Of a stretch of DNA of 64,000 nt, positions 60,028-64,000 are shown in pieces. The stretch comes from Syntrophorhabdaceae bacterium (GTDB taxonomy: Bacteria; Desulfobacterota; Syntrophorhabdia; Syntrophorhabdales; Syntrophorhabdaceae). The DNA lies in NCBI GenBank assembly GCA_963666485.2, contig CAXXUO010000004.1, positions 96,001-160,000 of the forward strand, read 5' to 3'. The position numbers and the translations under genes were made by a program. How positions within the stretch are numbered: the stretch's first letter is position 1; each line of letters begins with the position of its first letter. The notes under the pieces were generated by a model. It saw only the letters and a list, made by a program, of their open reading frames with translations. It was not told the DNA's origin and searched no databases.

Positions 60028-60297
60028 GGGGCCTCCTTCCCTGATAATAGATGTAATAAAAATATTGTTCCGGCAGATCGCATCCCGAGAATCTACAAGA
60101 TTATTATACAGGACACCGGTTTGCAAGACAAATAACGGGTTTTAAGGTAATGGCGGGCCCTGTTATTCCGTGCACGGAGAGGTTTCGCTCTCCGACCTCC
60201 GCACATGGCTACCTCCTTCACCCCTGCCCTTACGGTCCCGGCCACCAATCCTTAACATCAACCCCGGCCTTAACTCATCATCCCGACCTACTTTCTC

Positions 60298-60411
60298 CGT
60301 CTCCCCGGCCCATGAGCCGGGGCCCAAGGTTTCTCTTTCTTTTATTTTGGGTAGGAATAGAAATAAACCAAAAAACAATACCTTGGGTCCCGGGTCAAGC
60401 CCGGGATGACG
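60298..60411. repeat. Inverted doublet of REP-like hairpins
   Basis: cgtctccccggcccatgagccggggccca ... tgggtcccgggtcaagcccgggatgacg. Confidence 0.75.
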
Positions 60412-60434
60412 GGGTGGGGTACTGGGCATTCCGT

Positions 60435-60860
60435 CTATTTGAGCGCCGGTCGTTTTCCGGCTGCAATGTACACAAAATAATCAGTCAGTATTCTTCCGTG
60501 ATCAAAAGCTATATCCGCTGGAAGATCGTTTGCCGTAAAGACAGCGGCCTTGCGGGCGTCGTCTGCGCCCTTGAGAACTCCGCTACCGTCGGCTATGAAA
60601 ACAACAGAGGCGGTGTGAAAACGAGGGTCGCGGGCGGGGTCCGAGTAAACGTGGAATTGCTCGATGAGCCTGACATCCAGGGACGTTTCCTCTTTCGCCT
60701 CACGTATGGCAGCTTTTTCGACCGATTCCCCGACATCGACGAAACCGCCCGGGATCGCCCACCCGGCAGGAGGGTTTTTACGCTCGATAAGTATGATCCC
60801 GTTCTGATATTGAATAATTATATCGACAGTCAAAAGCGGGGTGGTCGGCAGGCTGCGCAT
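60435..60860 (-). CDS. NUDIX hydrolase
   Basis: [23 protein letters not shown]udix box. Confidence 0.92.
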   Translation of the reverse strand: MRSLPTTPLLTVDIIIQYQNGIILIERKNPPAGWAIPGGFVDVGESVEKAAIREAKEETSLDVRLIEQFHVYSDPARDPRFHTASVVFIADGSGVLKGADDARKAAVFTANDLPADIAFDHGRILTDYFVYIAAGKRPALK

Positions 60861-60916
60861 TACAATTTCCTCCCTCTATTCAAGACATGAATTACAGTAT
60901 TGCACTTGCCCCGTAT

Positions 60917-61064
60917 CGTCATTCCGCCGGCTTTTGCGGCGGAATCCAGTGTCTTTAAAAATTTTGCTACCGATAAAACTTATAACCCAATAGATATCCA
61001 CATTACCATGAATACGGAAGAACGAAAAGGCAAAGACGCTGGATTCCGGCAAGCCGGAATGACG
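60917..61064. repeat. Inverted doublet of REP-like hairpins
   Basis: cgtcattccgccggcttttgcggcggaatccagtgtcttt ... aaagacgctggattccggcaagccggaatgacg. Confidence 0.8.
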
Positions 61065-61170
61065 CGCGGCGGTGGCCTCTACACAATTCGATAACAATAT
61101 ATTTTCATTGCGGGATTATTCTAATGATGTTTACAAAACGACCTGCCATATGATAAGCAATCAATCATCT

Positions 61171-61908
61171 ATGGGTGCAGACCTTATTATTGACAGCCAT
61201 TCCCACTGGGGACCGTCCCTTTCGATGGGCATAACCGTATCCACGTCGGAACTCCTCAAGCAGCAGAAGGAGTCCGGTGTTGATTACGTTATTATCATAC
61301 CCTTCCCTTCCACGGCAATCGAAAACAATTCGATCAATGTCCGCCTGCTCGACGAATCCAACCGGATAGAAAGTTTCTTTCCGTATCATTACGTACGCGA
61401 GAATTACGATTCTCCGGGCTTCAATCCCCTTCCGGCTCAGTATTACGGCGGGAAATGGCACTGGATGCGGGGTATACAGGATTCGTCGTCCAATTACAGG
61501 GTGCTCAACGACCCCCTGCTTCCCGGGCTTGTGGAGAAGATCACGGCAACCGGCAAGCCGGTCATCTTCGAGGAAGAGCTGGATTTTACCCGGACCTTTG
61601 TCGAGATGTTCCCGGATATGACGATCATAATCCCGCACCTCGGGCTTCTCGGCGGTTATCCCCTCGATTTTCTCAAGGCATTCAAGGCGAATGAAAACAT
61701 TTACTTTGACACCGCACTCGGCTCGCGCGATACGATCTTCGAGTTTATCCGGACGATCGGCCCGGAGCGCGTATTGTTCGGTTCTGATATCCCGTTCGGC
61801 ACGATGCGGGGTGAACTCGCAAAGATCACCGGCCTGTCACTGAGCGACAAGGAAAAAGAGCTCGTTTTGTCCGGCAACGCGGTCCGGTTGGCGCGCTTGC
61901 CTCTGTAA
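61171..61908 (+). CDS. Amidohydrolase-family (TIM barrel) metalloprotein
   Basis: IIDSHSHWG, IIPHLG, IYFDTA, VLFGSDIPF. Confidence 0.85.
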   Translation: MGADLIIDSHSHWGPSLSMGITVSTSELLKQQKESGVDYVIIIPFPSTAIENNSINVRLLDESNRIESFFPYHYVRENYDSPGFNPLPAQYYGGKWHWMRGIQDSSSNYRVLNDPLLPGLVEKITATGKPVIFEEELDFTRTFVEMFPDMTIIIPHLGLLGGYPLDFLKAFKANENIYFDTALGSRDTIFEFIRTIGPERVLFGSDIPFGTMRGELAKITGLSLSDKEKELVLSGNAVRLARLPL

Positions 61909-61977
61909 CATTAAATAACCGGCGCAAATCGGCGATTACTATATATGGAATGGCAGTTCATTTTTCAGGGGGATAAT

Positions 61978-62991
61978 ATGGGACCCAAGGATGCTCCGGA
62001 TACGGGCCGCAGGATAAACAGAAGGGATTTCTTGAGGATCGCGTCACTTGCCGGGGGTGCTGTTGCCCTTGCCGGGATACCGGATGTATTTGCACTGTCA
62101 GCCAAGAGGATGACTGTTGCGACAGCCGGCATCGGGAGCGTTCAATTTACAATTGGCGGGGCAATAGCGCGCACTATTGCGCAATATACCGGGCTCGAGG
62201 CCATCGCCGAGATAACGTCGGGGCGGGCCGATAATTGCGAACTCGTAGGATCGAAAAGGTCAGACCTCGGGCTCATCGCCGCCGATATGGCCTATGACGC
62301 CTTTCGCGGTACGGGAATGTTCGAGGGAAAACCGGTCCCGATCCGCGTGCTCACGGCCCTTTATCCCAGCTACACGCACATCGTGACCTTAAAGAACAGC
62401 AAAATAGCTTCTGTAAAAGACCTGGCGGGCAGGCGGGTAGCCATCGGCATCAAGTCAGGTGCAACTCACACCGTGGCGCTTCGGCTCATAGAGGCTGCGG
62501 GAATCGGCAGTGATAACGATGTAAAGAAAGTAACCATGTCATCGTCCGAATCGCCCCGCGCGCTGCGGGACGGCAAGATCGACGCCTATGTCTGGACCGG
62601 AGGGATTCCTTCCGCATCTATAGCTGACCTTGCACAAACCCCGGGCCTTGGCATGTCGCTCGTGGGCCACGGGAACCTCGTGCCTGCCGTCAATGCCACG
62701 TACGGGCCCGTTTATTACCGGTCACTCATTCCCCAGACAACGTACCCCGGCATGAAAGAGGATGTTTCCGTATGCGCATTCCAGAATATCATTATCTGCC
62801 ATAAAGATATGGAAAACCGCACGGCATATAACATACTCAAGATCATGTTCGAGCACCTCGGCGAGATATCCGCCGCCCACGCACAGGCGAAGCAGATGGG
62901 CCTCGAAACAGGCGCTTCCCTGACCTCAGTCCCCTACCATCCGGGCGCGCAGAAGTTTTTTGCGGAGAGAGGGTACAACGTTCCAATGTAA
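61978..62991 (+). CDS. TAXI-family TRAP solute-binding protein with Tat signal
   Basis: NRRDFL twin-arginine motif; DLAGRRVAIG, DGKIDAY, PYHPGAQKFF. Confidence 0.85.
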   Translation: MGPKDAPDTGRRINRRDFLRIASLAGGAVALAGIPDVFALSAKRMTVATAGIGSVQFTIGGAIARTIAQYTGLEAIAEITSGRADNCELVGSKRSDLGLIAADMAYDAFRGTGMFEGKPVPIRVLTALYPSYTHIVTLKNSKIASVKDLAGRRVAIGIKSGATHTVALRLIEAAGIGSDNDVKKVTMSSSESPRALRDGKIDAYVWTGGIPSASIADLAQTPGLGMSLVGHGNLVPAVNATYGPVYYRSLIPQTTYPGMKEDVSVCAFQNIIICHKDMENRTAYNILKIMFEHLGEISAAHAQAKQMGLETGASLTSVPYHPGAQKFFAERGYNVPM

Positions 62992-62995
62992 AAAC

Positions 62996-63066
62996 GGTTC
63001 CACGTTCCAGGTTAAAAGCTTTTCTTATTTAGCGGGGTTTTAGCGTGGAACGTGGAACGTGGAACA
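62996..63066. repeat. Inverted pair of 7-bp TGGAAC(C/G) arrays
   Basis: ggttcca cgttcca ggtt ... tggaacg tggaacg tggaac. Confidence 0.8.
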
Positions 63067-63099
63067 AAAAAGCCGGCCAATTTCTTGGCCGGCTTTTTT
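63066..63099. terminator. Bidirectional Rho-independent terminator
   Basis: A6-gccggccaa-tttc-ttggccggc-T6 between convergent genes. Confidence 0.88.
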
Positions 63100-63114
63100 A
63101 TCTGTTCCTTTTTT

Positions 63115-63891
63115 TTACGCTTTTTCCATCGCTATGATGGCGGCGCCGAGCGAACCGACTATCTGCGGTTCGACGTGAATCTTGAGCTGCGTTCCGAGTG
63201 CTGCTTCGAGGGCTTTTACGACACCGATGTTCTTGGCGACGCCGCCCGCCATGATGACGTCATTCTGGATCCCGCCAAGCCTGTTGATGAGGCCCATCGT
63301 CCTGTCGGCGATCGCTTTGTGAATACCATACAGGATATCCTCAAGCTCCTCGCCTTCGCTGACGAGAGAAATGACCTCTGATTCGGCGAAAACAGTACAT
63401 ATGCTGCTGATCGTTACTTCTTTTTTGTGTTTCAGAGAAATATCACCGATCCTGTCAAGTTCTACGTTCAACGCTTTTGCCATGACCTCGATGAACCTTC
63501 CGGTCCCCGCGGCACACTTGTCGTTCATTTCAAACTCAACAACGCGGCCTTTTTCGTCGATCCTTATGACCTTCGTGTCCTGGCCGCCGATATCAATGAT
63601 CGTCCTCGCCTGCGGGAAAAGATGATTGACGCCCCGTGCTATGCAGGTAATTTCGGTAACTGCCTGTTTCGCGAAGGACGCGCGTTTTCTCCCGCAACCG
63701 GTCGCTACAATATAGGAAACATCTGAAGGACTTTTGCCCGGATAGGCAAGCACTTTCTCAAGTGCCATTTCCGCCGTTTTCTTCGAATCCGCGCCTGTTT
63801 GAAGTATCGTATAACCCAATATTCCAGAGTCCTTATCGAGAAGCAGAGCTTCAGTTGTAATCGAACCTATATCTATCCCGGCAACTAACAT
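63115..63891 (-). CDS. Acyl-CoA dehydratase activase (HgdC/BadF-type ATPase)
   Basis: GIDIGS, IDIGGQDTK, MNDKCAAGTGRF, SSICTVFAESE. Confidence 0.92.
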   Translation of the reverse strand: MLVAGIDIGSITTEALLLDKDSGILGYTILQTGADSKKTAEMALEKVLAYPGKSPSDVSYIVATGCGRKRASFAKQAVTEITCIARGVNHLFPQARTIIDIGGQDTKVIRIDEKGRVVEFEMNDKCAAGTGRFIEVMAKALNVELDRIGDISLKHKKEVTISSICTVFAESEVISLVSEGEELEDILYGIHKAIADRTMGLINRLGGIQNDVIMAGGVAKNIGVVKALEAALGTQLKIHVEPQIVGSLGAAIIAMEKA

Positions 63892-63911
63892 AAGCTTCTC
63901 CCCCTTTTTAA

Positions 63912-64000
63912 CTATTCGAGTGTGGCAATAACTGCATCCGCTTCGACTTCCTGGCCAGCTTCGACGTTGATCGACTTGATCGTGCCGGCTGCAGGCGATA
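63912..64000 (-). CDS. Biotin/lipoyl carrier domain protein, C-terminus only
   Basis: Manual translation SPAAGTIKSINVEAGQEVEADAVIATLE*. Confidence 0.7.
   Translation of the reverse strand, partial: SPAAGTIKSINVEAGQEVEADAVIATLE

Noticed and set aside
59402..60890. Plus-strand ORFs 59402-60145 and 60150-60890
   Set aside because: Antisense to ilvD and the NUDIX gene; the second also reads through repeat DNA

Overview
Bacterial chromosomal window; gene content suggests an anaerobe, possibly a deltaproteobacterium (inference only). About 1-44.4 kb is a large ABC-exported surface-polysaccharide locus, mostly on the minus strand. It contains a MarR-type regulator, a wbpA/B/E/D/I-type diacetamido-uronic acid pathway, gmd/fcl, wzm/wzt and glycosyltransferases. 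It also has many tailoring enzymes: a sulfotransferase, two AsnB-type amidotransferases, a carbamoyltransferase module, three methyltransferases, a GNAT and a radical SAM enzyme. A pstSCAB-like transporter coupled to cysD-cysNC sits between wzm and wzt, and its binding protein lacks the usual phosphate-binding Ser/Thr motifs, so it may import sulfate. Three genes at 9-15 kb are broken by small insertions that look like sequencing errors. About 44.5-64 kb holds housekeeping genes (pmbA, recN, nadK, ilvD and others) with repeat-rich intergenic regions. These include REP-like hairpin doublets, two 7-bp repeat families and a four-helix-bundle gene inside a perfect 24-bp inverted repeat. There is also a truncated IS110 element whose left end retains a readable bridge RNA; its predicted guides match its own insertion site and the flanks of nearby REP-like hairpins. 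No rRNA, tRNA or CRISPR array was recognised.
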